NCBI GenBank assembly: GCA_013265495.1
Contig: MU057640.1
Coordinates: 62,001-126,000, forward strand
Source of the DNA: Vicugna vicugna
Taxonomy: Eukaryota
Length of the DNA: 64,000 bases
Reading direction: 5' to 3'
The translations under genes and the position numbers were made by a program. Shown here one piece after another: positions 1 to 13,490 of this stretch (position 1 is its first letter; every line of letters begins with the position of its first letter). The notes beneath the pieces are model-generated. The model was not told the DNA's origin, ran no database searches, and saw only the letters and a list, made by a program, of their open reading frames with translations.

Positions 1-674
1 GCTGATTGGGTTGTGCTTTAAAGATAAACACATAAGATACAAGGTTATACCTTACGTGGGTAGGGAAGCTTATTTAGGGCATTTTTGTTTGGTCTTTTCC
101 AAATGGCCTTTGAAATCCTTTCTATAAGACATTCATCCTGTCTGCTATGTTGTGCCCTCCCCTTACCTGCCTTCCTTCCCTGACCCATCCTATCCCACCC
201 GATCCCATAAATTTATGTACAGGTGACCCAGGGTAGAAAAGGAGAATCAGAACCTGAAAATTTCCATAGCTTAGAAATAGATGCATTTCCTTAGTCAAAG
301 TTAGCTGGCAAATGATGTCTTATCTGGCCTTGTCTTAGAGACCACTAAATTCTGAACTAGTCATAAATTGGTATAAAAAGTTTCCCATGTAGGCAACTAG
401 TAGGGTAGCAGGCATGCTCATGGAAGGAGAACATGTTTGGGGGTAGAGAAGATGAGTTTCTTTTGAGGTACATACCAGACATGCACATGCAGATCCTCAC
501 TGACTGCAAAACCATCCTGAACTTTGATTTTGAAGTTACAAATAAATTTTAGTGAGTAGGTGAGTTTGCAAATATGGAATCCTCGAATAATGAGGGTTGG
601 CTATATATAAATGATTGTTGAAGTCACGAGTAAGTGACATTGCCTAGGGGAAGTGAGAATAGAAGAAGGCCTGG

Positions 675-1470
675 CCATCATTCAAAAATCCACAAATGAC
701 AAATGCTGTAGAGGCTGTGGAGAAAAGGGAACCCTCCTACACTGTTGGTGGGAATGCAGTTTGGTCCAGCCACTGTGGAAAACAGTATGGAGATTCCTCA
801 AAAGACTAGGAATAGACTTACCATATAGCCCAGGAATCCCACTCCTGGGCTTGTATCCAAAAGGAATCCTACTTCAGGATGACACCTGCACCCCAATGTT
901 CATAGCAATGTTCATAGCAGCATTATTTACAATAGCCAAGACATGGAAACAGCCTAAGTGTCCATCAACAGATGATTGGATAAAGAAAAAGTGGTATATT
1001 TATACAATGGAATACTACTGAGCCATAAAAACCGACAGTATAATGCCATTTGCAGCAACATGGATGCTCCTGGAGAATTTCATTCTAAGTGAAGTAAGCC
1101 AGAAAGAGAAAGAAAAATACCATATGAGGTGCCTCATATGTGGAATCTAAAAAAAAAAAACAAACAAACAAAGCATAAATACAAAACAGAAATAGACTCA
1201 CAGACATAGAATACAAACTTGTGGTTGTCAAGGGGGCGGGGGGTGGGAAGGGACAGACTGGGATTTCAAAATGTAGAATAGATAAACAAGATTATACTGT
1301 ACAGCACAGGGAAATATATACAAGATCTTATGGTAGCCCACAGAGAGAAAAAAATGTGACAATGAATATATATATGTTCATGTACAAATGAAAAATTGTG
1401 CTCGACACTGGAATTTGACACAACATTGTAAAATGATTATAAATCAGTAAAAAATGTTAAAAAAAAAAAA
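675..1470 (+). mobile_element. 5'-truncated LINE-1 (ORF2 C-terminus + 3'UTR + poly(A)), relatively young
   Basis: ORF 653..1021 encodes the L1 ORF2 C-terminal Cys-rich region ([18 protein letters not shown]...[12 protein letters not shown]...TPMFIAALFTIAKTWKQPKCPSTDDWIKK). It is followed by a 3'UTR with a G-rich tract and A12 at 1459-1470. A 17-bp direct repeat aatagaagaaggcctgg lies at 658-674 and 1545-1561. Confidence 0.95.
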
Positions 1471-1561
1471 CTTTCCATAGGTCAGACAAATGGCCTCCAT
1501 CAGGCTGAAAAATAAAATCAAGACTTGTACAGTAAAAAAAAAAAAATAGAAGAAGGCCTGG

Positions 1562-1860
1562 GACAAACCTAGAAGCAACAGGCAGTAAAATAGATATCTT
1601 CAAAGGAAAATAAGAATGAAGCCAGAGAGAAGGGAAGCCAGGAGAATGTGGTCTCAGAAGCCAAGGTTTCAAGAAAGGAGAAAGTGGTCAGATGCTATAA
1701 AGAGATCAAGTAAGAAATCCAACTTCATTAGATTAAATATTTGAAAATCTTGGTGACTTACAGTGGAGTCATGAGGATGTAGTCTAGATTTAGGAGTGAA
1801 TGGATACAAAATAAGGAGAGAGCAAGTCTAGAGATTACCAATTCAAGAAGTTTGTCAGAC
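1562..1860 (-). mobile_element. Degenerate LINE-2 fragment, host of the L1 insertion
   Basis: Purine-rich L2-like sequence (ggagaatgtggtctcagaagccaagg...tcagatgctataaagagatcaagtaaga) that continues across the TSD from ~600-660. Confidence 0.45.
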
Positions 1861-2329
1861 AAGTTTGTGTGAGGTTGGGGAGGGGTGGGAGGGGGAAGCG
1901 TTTCAAGAGGTACAAGGAAACTTCTGGTGGTAATGGCTGTCTGTTACACTGATGGTGATGATGGTTTCTCTGGTTAGGGTACTTAGCAAATTGTATACTT
2001 TAAACATGTATAGTTTATTTTATGTCAGTTATACCTCAAGAAGGCAGTTAAATTTTGTTTTTAATGAAAAAGTTTGTCTTCAAAAGTGAGCAGAAAGGCA
2101 GAGTAACAAAGAGGGTGTGATGCCGAGAAACTGTGTGTGTGTGTGTTTTAAGTTTTATTAGATATAATTTACATACCATGAAATATACTCATTTAAATTT
2201 TGTAAATCACTGGTGGTTTGCTTTTATGTTGAATTTTGTTTTTAAGATGGGAGAGACTTAAGATAGTTACAGGTCTTTACAAAGAGGCATGTAAAGAGTG
2301 GATTCGTTTTGTGGTTGTTTTCTTTTCTT

Positions 2330-2700
2330 TCCCATTATGATTTATCACAAGATACTGAATGTAGTTCCCTGTGCTATACAGTAGGACCTTGTTGCTTATC
2401 GTATTTTATATAGAGTGATTCGATCTGCTAATTCCAAACTCCTAACTCTTCTCTCTGACACTGCTTTCCCCTTTGATAACCGTAAGTTTGTTTTCTGTGT
2501 CTGTGAGTCTGTTTCTATTTTGTAAATAAGTTCATTTGTATCATTTTTTAGGTTCCACATATAAGTGATATCAAATTGTATTTGTCTTCCTCTGACTTAT
2601 TTCACTTAATATGATCATCTGTAGGTCCATCCATGTTGCTGCAAATGGCATTATTGCTTTTTTATGGCTGAGTAATAGTGTATATCTATACTACATCTTC
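2330..2700 (-). mobile_element. LINE-1 3' end, antisense to NUMB
   Basis: gatactgaatgtagttccctgtgctatacagtaggaccttgttg...tccacatataagtgatatc...gtccatccatgttgctgcaaatggcatt is the reverse complement of an L1 3'UTR/ORF2 end. Confidence 0.85.
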
Positions 2701-2967
2701 TTTGGAGAGTAGGTTAGTTTTAGACTGAAGGAAGGATGCTGCTTTTATTTTAACAGTCACAAAGGTAGAAAACAGGGTATATGCACTTAAATTTATAGTG
2801 TTGGTGGATTGAGATGGATGGAGTTCTATTCTAAAGACGTGTTTTCTCAAGGAAATGGGAAGTGAAGACATCTGTAGAAGAGTGAGGAGAAAGGTTATGG
2901 AATTAGATTTTGAAGACAATGGCATAACTACTCTAGAGAATGGACAATATAGAATATGCAGTTACTA

Positions 2968-3011
2968 AACATTGTAAAATGATTATAAATCAATAAAAAT
3001 GTTTTAAAAAA
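2968..3011 (+). mobile_element. Ultra-short (44 nt) L1 3'-terminal insertion with TSD
   Basis: aacattgtaaaatgattataaatcaataaaaatgtt matches the 3' tip of the L1 at ~1422-1458. It is flanked by agaatat(g/t)cagttacta at 2951-2967 and 3012-3028. Confidence 0.85.
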
Positions 3012-3480
3012 AGAATATTCAGTTACTAGAAATAGAAATGCAGTTACTAGACATTAATCAAATGAAACTACAACTGGTTTGAGCTCTGCCTTGTATAAAT
3101 ATATTAGTGCTTATGTGAGTATAATAACTTATTAGAGTAGTGATTAATTAGAGTAAAGTAGCTTTCAGAGCTTTACTTGCAATTCCATTTGCTAGTATAA
3201 CAGATATAATTTTTAATGGAGAAAATTTTAATGTTAAAAGTGAAATGTTCCCTATAAAAACTTCATCTGGTGGTTCTCAAAGTGAGGTTCCCAAAATTTT
3301 TCATGGGATCCTGAAGTAGTTTCTTTTCCAACTATATATCTGTGTGAAGCCAGGTTTTCTTCATATACTTAACCAAAATGACATATTGCAACACATTAAA
3401 TGTAAATACAAATATGAGAATTCAGTTTTCTTCTATTAAGCCAGATACTAAAGAGATTTGCAAAAATGTGAAACAGTACC

Positions 3481-3482
<2 letters not shown>

Positions 3483-3515
<33 letters not shown>
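3483..3515. repeat. (TG)16 microsatellite
   Basis: Perfect dinucleotide run. Confidence 0.97.
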
Positions 3516-3518
<3 letters not shown>

Positions 3519-3605
3519 TTTCTGAGGTGGAATATATAGTTAATTTTATTAAAAATATTATTTATGTTAACATGTAATTGGGTTTATTATTTTAAAACTA
3601 AATAT

Positions 3606-3711
3606 ATTTTTTTAATTTTAAGTTATATTTTCCTTTAACAGAGGCACTGGGGATTGAACCCAGGACCTCATACACACCAAGCGTGTGCCCTATCGCTGAG
3701 CTGTCTCCCTC
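3606..3711 (-). mobile_element. tRNA-derived SINE (camelid Vic-1-like), diverged
   Basis: Reverse complement shows A-box (cagctcagcgatagg) and B-box (gggttcaatccccag) with an A/T tail. Confidence 0.75.
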
Positions 3712-3985
3712 AAATTAAATATTTTTAAAGTTCTTATTTTTAATTTCTATTATAGTAATTATCAGTGGATAGAACTGACCCAAAAATTTTTTGGCATCTT
3801 CAGTGTAATGGGTCCTGAGACCAAATAATTTGAGAACTATTGATTTAAATAGTATGTTTCATCAACTAAAGTGATATAGTAAGAATCTACCTGTAATTGC
3901 CTATTAACATTGTATTTTAAGAAGCTTGTATTAATTTTGGCTGTTAAATAAATTTGTGGAATCCAAAACAGTTCATCAATCCTCT

Positions 3986-4120
3986 TTTTTTTTTTTTAAC
4001 TTTTTTTAGGGGGAGATAATTAGGTTTATTTATTTATTTTAATGGAGGTTCTGGGGTCATTGAACCCATGACCTCATGCATGCTAGGCATGCACTCTACC
4101 ACTGAGCTATACCCTCTCCC
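3986..4120 (-). mobile_element. tRNA-derived SINE (camelid Vic-1-like)
   Basis: Reverse complement: gggagagggtatagctcagtggtagagtgcatgcctagcatgcatgaggtcatgggttcaat...aaataaataaataaacctaatt...poly(A). Confidence 0.88.
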
Positions 4121-5614
4121 TGATCCTCTAACTTGTAATTAAAATCTTAATTCTCTGATTATGTAGAATATAAAGAATGCAAAAATGGGCCTTCTGTTAC
4201 GTAGATTCTGAAGGTTATGTTATCTTCAAATTTGGAAGGATAGAGATTAAGGGGCTGGATACAGAATTTATACTTATTAGTATAAATTGGTCTAATTATT
4301 TTAATTACTATTTTGTCAGTAAATATTCACTGTTAAATGAGATGGAGGGACTTTCTTATCCCTTTGGTTTAGGTTTATAAACCTAAACCAGGAATTGTGC
4401 TGGTATTATAAACAGAAGAGACCAAATGGAGAGCTGAGCATATGAATGCTAGACTTGAATGTTTTTACCTTCTAGACCAACGTTTTGCTGTATTAAGTGG
4501 TCTACCAGTGGTTTAGGGGCCCAATCCTTTTCAAGATAAGAACTGCTATTGTGCTAGAAGTTATAACGTAATATTTTAATAACAGGCCTTTCTTATTGTG
4601 TATAACCATATAGTCATGGCACAAAATATAGAGCTCTTACTATTTCAGTATTTCTAAGAGGCTAGTTGTGGCTTACTTAACCTATAACACTTAATAATCT
4701 GTGATTTCAGAAGATTTTGGTGCAAAATGTTAGGCCAAACTAAAAGCTGCTAAATATAATGTATTAGGAAAAAATGCACACATGCAGAAAGTAAAAAGTA
4801 AAATGGGAAAATAATCACAGATGTTATATCAAGGGAATACTATTAAGCCTTTAATGAAGAGATAAAAGTCATGCTTTATCTGTTCATCAAAGCCTTTCAG
4901 TTCATTTGATAAGCTTACCAATTCTTTTTATATATATAAATATCATTCTAAAACTTGACAGAGCATCAAAGAAGGAAACTACAGACTAAATTTATAGATA
5001 TAACACAGAACTCTTGATAAAATATTAATAAGCCAAATCTAACAATCCAATTAAAGAATAATTTATACCCTCACTCATTATTATCAAAAGATAAAGGGAA
5101 TGAATATGTTTTATATCAGAATGGGACAGGTCTTTACAAGCATATACACAGAGACTTCCCACTACTTTCCATTGGCTAAGATTGAATCAAATCAAATTCA
5201 TAGTCGTAAGAAAAATCCAGGAAGCAGTTATTTAGTGTTTTCAGTCTGGAAACCGGTTCTTCTGGCAGAGAAACCAGTTGAAAGAATAGCTGTCATGTAG
5301 GCAACTAGCAGTGCCAGCCCCAGTCACTGTATCATACCTAATCTTACGTATCTTTCCTCTTGATCTTTCTGTCCCTTTTCCTACTGCCACTGCTTTAATC
5401 AGGTCCTCATCTTTATTTTCTCCCTTAGAGTACTATAAAAACTCTTGACTGTTTTTCTTGCTTTCTTCCTTGGAAGGAATAGACCTTCCAGATTATTATT
5501 TTAGTGCTGTAATAGTGCTCTTCCTAAATTGCAAATACAGTTATGTCACTTACCTGCTTCCTGTCCTTCAGTGACTCTGTAATAAAGTTTTAGAGAGACA
5601 CCTAGACTTCTCTA

Positions 5615-5820
5615 AAAGTATACGCTTTTAGCCAAACTACCTGAGTTTGAGTTTGCTCTGTGCCAATTAATAGCTTAGCCTCTCTGTGCCTCCATTTTTC
5701 ATCTATAAAATGAGGACTAGTACTAAAACTAGTATAAGTGTTATGAAAATTGAATTAGTACAGTACGTGAGAAAGCACAACACTGTCATGTAGTGAGTGC
5801 ATCATAAATGTTTTACTGCT
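5615..5820 (+). mobile_element. MIR SINE
   Basis: MIR core cttagcctctctgtgcctccatttttcatctataaaatgagga. Confidence 0.7.
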
Positions 5821-7294
5821 GCTGCTCTTGTTATTGGTTAGATGCCAACTGAATACTGGAGTTTTTAATCTGCATTTCTTATTTCTTAGGTTATTTTCCC
5901 TTAATTGATTTTTTGACACTGCAAGTTAAATATCTTCTCTTAAATAGGAACCAGAGCTTTTACAATATAGATGTTTGATGCCTGAGGAATTACTTAAGCA
6001 TTGGTCACCAATCTCTCCTACCTTTAAAAATTCTGTTTATCCCAAGAGATTTTCTGCTGCTTATAATTTTATTGCCTGAGTGTAACAGTCTTCTGCATGC
6101 ACAATAATGTTTTATTTCAAAGCTGCCTCCTGCTATAAAACTTAAGTTAATGTCCAGCTGTGTGTAGTAATAATGAAATAAATCAACTAAAGTGACATTT
6201 AGTTGAACAGATACATTGTTCTCACAGCTAAGGTTGCTAGCATGCTGGCAATGACAACTATGCCATAATTTGCTCTTTCTGAAACATTAAAAATTTGGGA
6301 AAATGTGTCCTTGGATCAGAGCAATGAGATATTTCATACCAGTTTGTAACATAAATTGTGAAATGTTTTATGGTTTATTCTTCCCAAGCATTTTAGTTAC
6401 TCATGATTTGCTGTATATTTTGCAAAGAAGTTTCAACTCTGTTCAGTGACTCTTAAGAATTTATTTTCTTTGTGACGTAAGATGCAGTTAAGAGTTCTGT
6501 TACGTGATATTGTTAGGGAATCCTTGATAATACCTGATTATTTGAACCCAGGACTTGAACTCCAGTTGTCTAGATCTAGAGGGTTGTGTTTTTAAGCACT
6601 ATATTATAATTGTATAACATAATATGTTAATGAAAAATTACTTCACTAAAACAGTGTTGAATATAATTTAAACTTAAATTTTTTTTCATTAAAGTGATAT
6701 ATGCTTGTGGCTAAAAAATGACACCTTCCCTACCCCTAGTCCCACTCCACAGTGACATTTTTAACTGTTTTAATTTCTGCTTCCCATTGGTAATATTTTA
6801 ATTTCTTTAGACAATATGGTTTTACTGTCTGTTCTTCGTTTCCCCGTGTTTATTATCCATTCCCCACTAGAAAGCAGAGAAAGGATGATTTATCCCACAC
6901 ATCCTGCCCTTCCTTCTTCTTTGTCCCTTCTCCACTCAGACTTTTGGGATTAGATTATTTTTAGTTTTTTTCCCTTGGTTTCCTATACTTGTAAAGTTTC
7001 TATTCTATTAATTTTAGATGGTACCCCTTGACTCCCCACTGCCATGTAAGGTAAAAATACTAAAACCCTTTATTACCTTCAACTTAAATCAGCCTATTCT
7101 CTTAAGACTTAAATCAGCCATAGTTTCCTTTTATTTTTAACATTGTATAGGTCAGTAACACTTACATTCTGTCCTACAACCATAAATTGTCTCCCTTTCT
7201 TTGTCTTGAGTTGATTATAAATGTTTTCATTGTTATGACTCTTATTAATGTAGCAATAAGTAATGTGTTACATTTTCTTCTTTATGAGTCCATA

Positions 7295-8830
7295 ATTCAT
7301 TGATATATTCAAAAGGTACTCACTGAGTGCCAGCTGTGTATCAGGCAATATTCTAGGCACTGGGAACACAGGGAACAAAACAGACAAAATTCCTGCACAG
7401 TGTGTACATTCTAGTGGGAGTTAACAATGAACAATTAAATATATACAGAGTACCTGCTATATAAAAAGGGAAGTAGGGGTTAGGGAAGAGGGTGAGATTT
7501 AAATTAGTATGGTCAGGGAAACCCCCGCTGAAAAATGTGACTTTTGAGCAAAGACCCAAAGAAAGTAAGAAAGCAAGCATTCAGGTTCCTGAGGAAGCAG
7601 ATTGTAGACAGAGGGGGCTGCAACTGCAGAGGCTGTGGGGCAGGAGAATACCTGGTGTGTTGGAGGCACAACAGGGAGGCCAGTGTTTTCAGAGCAGATG
7701 GCACAAGTAGAGATGAGATCCGGTAATTAGCAGGGTGACCGGTTATGCATGTAGCTTAGTACTTTCCAATACTGTCAGACCTATCAGCTGCATTTTTATT
7801 ACAGATATTTTATACTCCTTATACCTTACTAAATAAAATGTATACATAGTGTAACCTGCTTATGCTTACATAATTAAATATACAAAGAAGAAACAAAAGA
7901 AATTTTTAGTAAAATAATTGAACATAACTATACTAAAAGACCTAACGTAGTACATCTTTACATAGAATGAGATAGCTGCAAATACAGACTGATATAATAT
8001 ATCGGTAACTCGTATAGCACAAATGGATTGCAAATGGTGATAGTGTCTTCTGGAATGGTAAACAACTTGTGGTAAAAATTCTTACCAGATTACAGTCTTC
8101 CCATTGATTGACACAGCAATTGCATTTGTGCAAAAAAATACTGTGTGTATGTGAAATGGAGTTAGGATCTAATCTAAAATAATTCCAAGTAGGTTTTTTA
8201 ATCTATTACAAGTGAATGTCCAGTAGGGAATTGAAATGTCATACAAGAAGCAGGCTGTCTGTTGTCTGTGGCCCATTGCTCACTACCTACCAGTAATTTT
8301 CCCAGTCATTACCAAAAATGCCCCCATACATTTCCTAAACCTCCCTTTGAAAAACTACTAGTGTAGGGCCTTGTAGACTACTTTAAGGACTTTAACTTTT
8401 ATTTAGAGTAAAATGGGAAGCCAATGGAGAGTCTTGAGCAGAGGAATGACTTTGTATGACTTATATTTTAAAAGGTTCTTTGAGTCTTGTACTGAGAATC
8501 GATTGTAGAAGAGCAAGTATGAAAGCAGAGAGAGCAGTATAGAGACCACTGCAAAAATCCAGGCAAAAGATGATGGTGGCTAACGTCAGGGTGGTAGTAG
8601 TGGGAGTGGTGACAAGGCCTCAGATTCTGGATGTATTTTATAGATAGAGATGATAGCATTTATTGATGGATTAGATTTATGAAGTATCACGAGAGAAAGA
8701 GAAATCAAGAATGGTGCCAAAGTTTTGATCCTGAGCAATTGAAAGAGTAGAGTTGCCATATGTTGTTTTGGGGAAGACTGTTGGTAGAAGAGTAAATTTG
8801 TGAATGGAGGTTATCATCAGACATTCAGTT
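7295..8830 (-). mobile_element. LINE-2 3' region, interrupted at ~7750-8360 by another old element
   Basis: tgagtgccagctgtgtatcaggcaatattctaggcactgggaacacag..., tttgagcaaagacc..., ggaagccaatggagagtcttgagcagagg..., caaagttttgatcctgagcaattgaaag are typical L2 reverse-strand motifs. Confidence 0.75.
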
Positions 8831-8849
8831 TTGCATCTGTTATAAATGA

Positions 8850-9625
8850 TATATTTTTAAAAATTTCATTTTCTGCTTATTGCTAATATAGAAATACAGT
8901 TGACTTTTAAAAATTGAAATATGATTGACATATAACATTATATTAGTTTCAGGTGTACAAAACAATGATTAGATATTTGTATATATTGCAAAATGATAAC
9001 AGTTGACTTTCGTATCTGGTGACCTTGCCAGTAAACTCACTTATTAATTCTAGTAATTTACTTGTACGTTCTTTTGGATTTTCTATGAATGCAATTATAT
9101 GTACTGTGAATAATTATAGTTGTATTTCTTACACTCCACTCCTTATACTTTTAATTTCTTTTTGTTCCCTCATTGCAGTTGTCAGAGTCTGGTGTACAGT
9201 ACTGAGTAGAACTGGTGATACCAAAACTCCTTGCCTCATTCCTGATCCTGTCACAGTTTATCAAAGATTAAATAAGTCCCCTTCTATTCTTGGTTAAGAA
9301 ATAATTTTAAAATTATAAATGGAAACTAATTTTTATCAAAAGCTTTTTTTGCACATATTGAAATGATTATATGGTTTTTATCTTTAATTCTGTTAGGTGG
9401 TAAATTACACTTACTAGATTTTTTTTTTTGACTGGTCAGCCAGCCTTTCATTCTTGGAATAAATTCAACTTGATCCATATCTATCATGATCAAATTGAGT
9501 TTGAGTATATCGCTTGGATGACGTTTGCTAATATTTTGTTCAGAAATCTGACATCTATATTTCTGAGACAGATTGGTCTGTTAGTTTCCTTTGTTATAAT
9601 GCCTTTGCCAGGTTTTGTATTAACA
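8850..9625 (-). mobile_element. Old LINE-1 (L1M) ORF2 fragment
   Basis: ttgctaatatagaaatacagttgac...cttggaataaattcaacttgatc...tttgctaatattttgttcagaa are typical antisense L1M ORF2 relics. Confidence 0.75.
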
Positions 9626-12084
9626 TAATAGAGGCTGAATTACAGTTTTGGCAAGGCTCTGTCTCCCTCTGGTTTACTTCCACTCCTAGGGCATACTTCT
9701 CCAGGTGTTCCATCTGAGAGGCTGTAGTATTCACTGGAACCTATCTTTGAGTAGATCCTGAACTCTCATTCTTCACCCCTCAGCAAATTGAAAATGCTAA
9801 AACTCATTCTGTTTAACATGTTCCTCTGTTTCGTGTAGTTCTTGTGGATTAGTAGTTTTAGAGAGTTGATCAGATTTAGTTTTGATTTTTCTTTTTTTCC
9901 AGGAATACTTCATTGGTGGTGTGGACTATTATCATAAAGCACATAATAGCTGATTATCTGTCTTTTTGTGGTGACAGGACTCATTGATGATCATTGCCTG
10001 TGATTATTAAATCATTAAGGGTTGTAAAATGATGATACTCCAATTCTGTCATCCCTTCATTTATCAGCTATAAGATTTCTATAAAGCAGAATTCCCCATA
10101 TTTACTGTTTGGCTAGCAGTAGTATAGTTTAATTAGGAAAGGCAGGGTAATTTCATTTATGAAAAAAATATTACGCTGTTAGGAAGATCAGGCCACACTT
10201 CAACCACAGGCAGTATGACCAAAATGGATGACTCCCCCATTTGATTGACCCTCTTTTTTAAAAAGAATACCGTTAAGTTAATGTATGTAAGCGTAATAAA
10301 CTATAGGTCATTATTTAAAGAGGAGGGTTGCAGAGGTAATGTTGAGATAGTTGAATGATGATAGCTCTGCCTGGAACTCAAAAAATCAGAGTTCTATTCC
10401 TGGCTCTGTTAATTTACTTAGTTATATGACCTTATCTAAGTCAGTTAACTTTTTTGACATCTGGTGTCACATTTGGAAAGTGAAGTTTTTTAATCTCTCT
10501 AAGTTCTTGTAAATTTTAAACTTATGTGACTTGATTTAATATATATGCTTAGTTTAGATCGTTTGTTCAAATGTAACTATACTACAGATTTGTACTTAAA
10601 GGTTGTTCATTTTAGTTTCATTTAACTACTCATTTTTGATTAAAGACCCCAAACAAGTTTGATGTCATGTTCTGCACATCTGTGTCCTATATTTTCTGTA
10701 TAACATAGGCTATGTATGTATGATAATATGCCTTATAGCTTCTTATAAATTAATGATTATTATGTCACTTTTTGTTAATGTTGGGAACTGCTGACTGTAC
10801 AGTCTGTCACATCAGAGCTCTGTATTTCTTCTCTATGGATAACAGTACCAAAGCAGGGGGAGAATGTACTTTTTAAATAATTCTTTTCAAGAAAAGGAAA
10901 AATGACTTAATTCATCCAAGAATGAAATTCCACATACTAGTTTTTCTAAACTACAGTTTTGTGAATAAAAGTCCCTTACTCAGAGGGAATTTGGAAAAGC
11001 TATACGGACAAAGGAAGTCCCAGTGTCAAATATTTTGGCCATTAAAGCATAAATCAGCTGCAACTCTTCAGTGAGATAGTGTCTCAGAGAAGAAAAGAGA
11101 CCTCTTCAGTAATGTTTTTTTTCAGTTGGAATGTTTTTCTCATAGTCTAGGAAGACACAAGGCTGATTTCCATCTCCATATTTCTAAAATAGATTATGCA
11201 ACTAAGAGTCCATATATGAGATATTTTTGTTCTCTTCTTCCTCCCAAGTCTTCCCTCCTTTTTTTCCTTGGCTTAAATACCCATATGTGACCAGTTGCAT
11301 CAATCAAGATGACAGAATAAAATCCTTTGGAACACTCTGAAACCTGTATTAATTTCTTAATACCTAAAGGCAACTCAGAGATCATAAATCCCTACTTTTT
11401 CATTGTATTATTAATATAAAGTGGAAAGAGATTAAATAATTTGGAGATAGTATTAGAAATGAACCTTAATAAAGAAAAAGAAAGAAAACATGGATATATG
11501 ATACTAGAGATAAGAAAGAGGGGAGACCCAATCGCAGACTCAAGTATATGAATACTGTGTCATTTATGCTGATAAATTTAAATATTTAGATTAAGGATGT
11601 TCTAGGAAAATATACACTATTAAAATTAGCTAAAGAAGAAGCATTAAAGTTAAATAGGCCACTAATCATGAGGGAAATAGTTTTGGGGTTTTAACATCTT
11701 TCTCTATCTCCCCCAAAAGACTGAGTATAAATGGTTTCACAGGTCAATTCTTTCACAACCCTGAAGAATAACTGTTATGCTAACTAACTATATCAGAGCA
11801 CATAGGAGAAAAAAAGAGGAGTTTCCAAAAAATTTTAATGACATCAACAAAATCCTGATACAACTGCCTAACAAAAATAGCACAAAAACAAAAGATCACA
11901 GATCAACTCCACTTAAGATGAAAAAGTAGGCAGAAAAAAAAAAAAAGAGAGAGATCTAAAAGTATACTAAAGACCGAAGTAGGATTTAACTCAAGAGCTC
12001 ACAAACGATTTAGTAACAGGAAATTTGATATAGGTCATCACATTGATGGGCCTAAGAGGAAAAAGACTTTATCATTGCAATGCA

Positions 12085-13490
12085 GGCAAAGTTGAAGGAC
12101 TTACACTTCCTGATTTCAAGACTTAGTACAAAGCTATAGTAATGAAAACATTGTAGTACTGGCATAAGGACAGATGTATGGAATAATGGAATAGAATTGA
12201 GAGTGCAGAAATGAACCTAAACATCTATGACCAATTGACTTCTGACGAGAGTACAAGACCATTCAGTGGGGAAAGAACAGTCTCTTCAGCAAATGGTGAT
12301 GAAACAATTGGATATCCAAAAATTAGCTGGACCCTACCTCATACCACATACAAAAATTAATTCAAAATGGATCAGCAACCTGAATATAAGACTAAAACCC
12401 ATAAATTCCTTAGAAGAAAGCATAGGGGTAAACCTTCATGACCAGCTTAAGTATTATGGCACCAAAAAGCATGAGCAAGAAAAAAGAAAAACTAGATAAA
12501 TTGGACTTCATTAAAGTTAAAAAAATTTGTACATTAAAGGGTGTTACCAAGGAAGTGAAAAGACAACTACAGACTGGGAGAAAATATTTGGAAATCAAAT
12601 GTCTGGTAAAAGTCTAGTATCCAGAATATAGAAAAGAACCTGATTTTAAAATGGGTAAAGGGCTTGAACCAAAGATGATATACAGATGGCCAACAAGCAC
12701 ATGAAAGTATATTCAACACCATTAGTCATTAAGGAAATACATACCAAAACCACAATAAAGTAACTCATTATACCCATTTGGATGTCTCTGCTTAAAAAAA
12801 TAGAAAACAAAAAGGAAAACAAGTGTTGATGAGGATGTGGAAGAAACTAGAACCCTCTTACATTGCAAGTGAGAGCACAGAATGGTTTAGCTTCTGTGGG
12901 AAGTGTTTTAGCAGCTCCTCAAAAAGCTAAACATAGAGTTACCATATGGCTCAGCAATTCCACTGCTAGCTGTATACCGAAAGAATAAAAAACAGGTACT
13001 TCAGTAAATACAAGTACACTCATATCTGTGACATCACATTAATAACACTAGCTAGAAGATGGAAACAGCCCAAATGCTCCTCAATGGAAAAATGGAAAAA
13101 CAAACTATGGAAATACTTATTACTCAGTTATAAAAAGCAATAAAGTACCCATACATACTACAGTGTGGTGACCTCAGAAACAGTATGCTAAATGAAATAC
13201 TTGTGTGAGACACAAAAGGTCACATATTGTATGATTCCATTTATGTGAAATATCCAGAATAAATTAATCCATAAAGACAGAATTTAGGTTATTGGTTGTT
13301 AGGGGCTGTGAGGAGGGGCAATGGGAAGCAAATGCTTAGTGTACAATTTTCCTTTTGGTGTAAAGAAAATGTCTTGGGGCTAGATAAAGGTGGTGATTGT
13401 ACAACATTGTGAATGTATTAAATACCACTGAATTATTCACTTTAAAATGGTTAATTCTATGAGATGTGGATTACATCTCAATTTTTAAAA
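12085..13490 (+). mobile_element. LINE-1 (L1MB/MA-like) ORF2 end + 3'UTR, nested in older L1 debris (~11450-15270)
   Basis: Degenerate ORF2 (tacaaagctatagtaatgaaaaca...tactggcataaggacaga; PYLIPHTKINSKWI) and 3'UTR cacaaaaggtcacatattgtatgattccatttat...gtacaacattgtgaatgtattaaataccactgaatt. Confidence 0.88.

Larger units (their letters stand above)
3270..3842 (+). mobile_element. hAT-Charlie (Charlie1-like) DNA transposon relic, interrupted by (TG)n and a SINE
   Basis: Termini gtggttctcaaagtg... and ...gggtcctgagaccaaataatttgagaac; internal ttcttctattaagccagatactaaagagatttgcaaaaatgt is typical of Charlie1. Confidence 0.7.

Noticed and set aside
653..1021. 122-aa ORF as a host gene
   Set aside because: It is the C-terminus of L1 ORF2 in a truncated copy, with a non-ATG start and an in-frame 12-bp tandem duplication (895-918).
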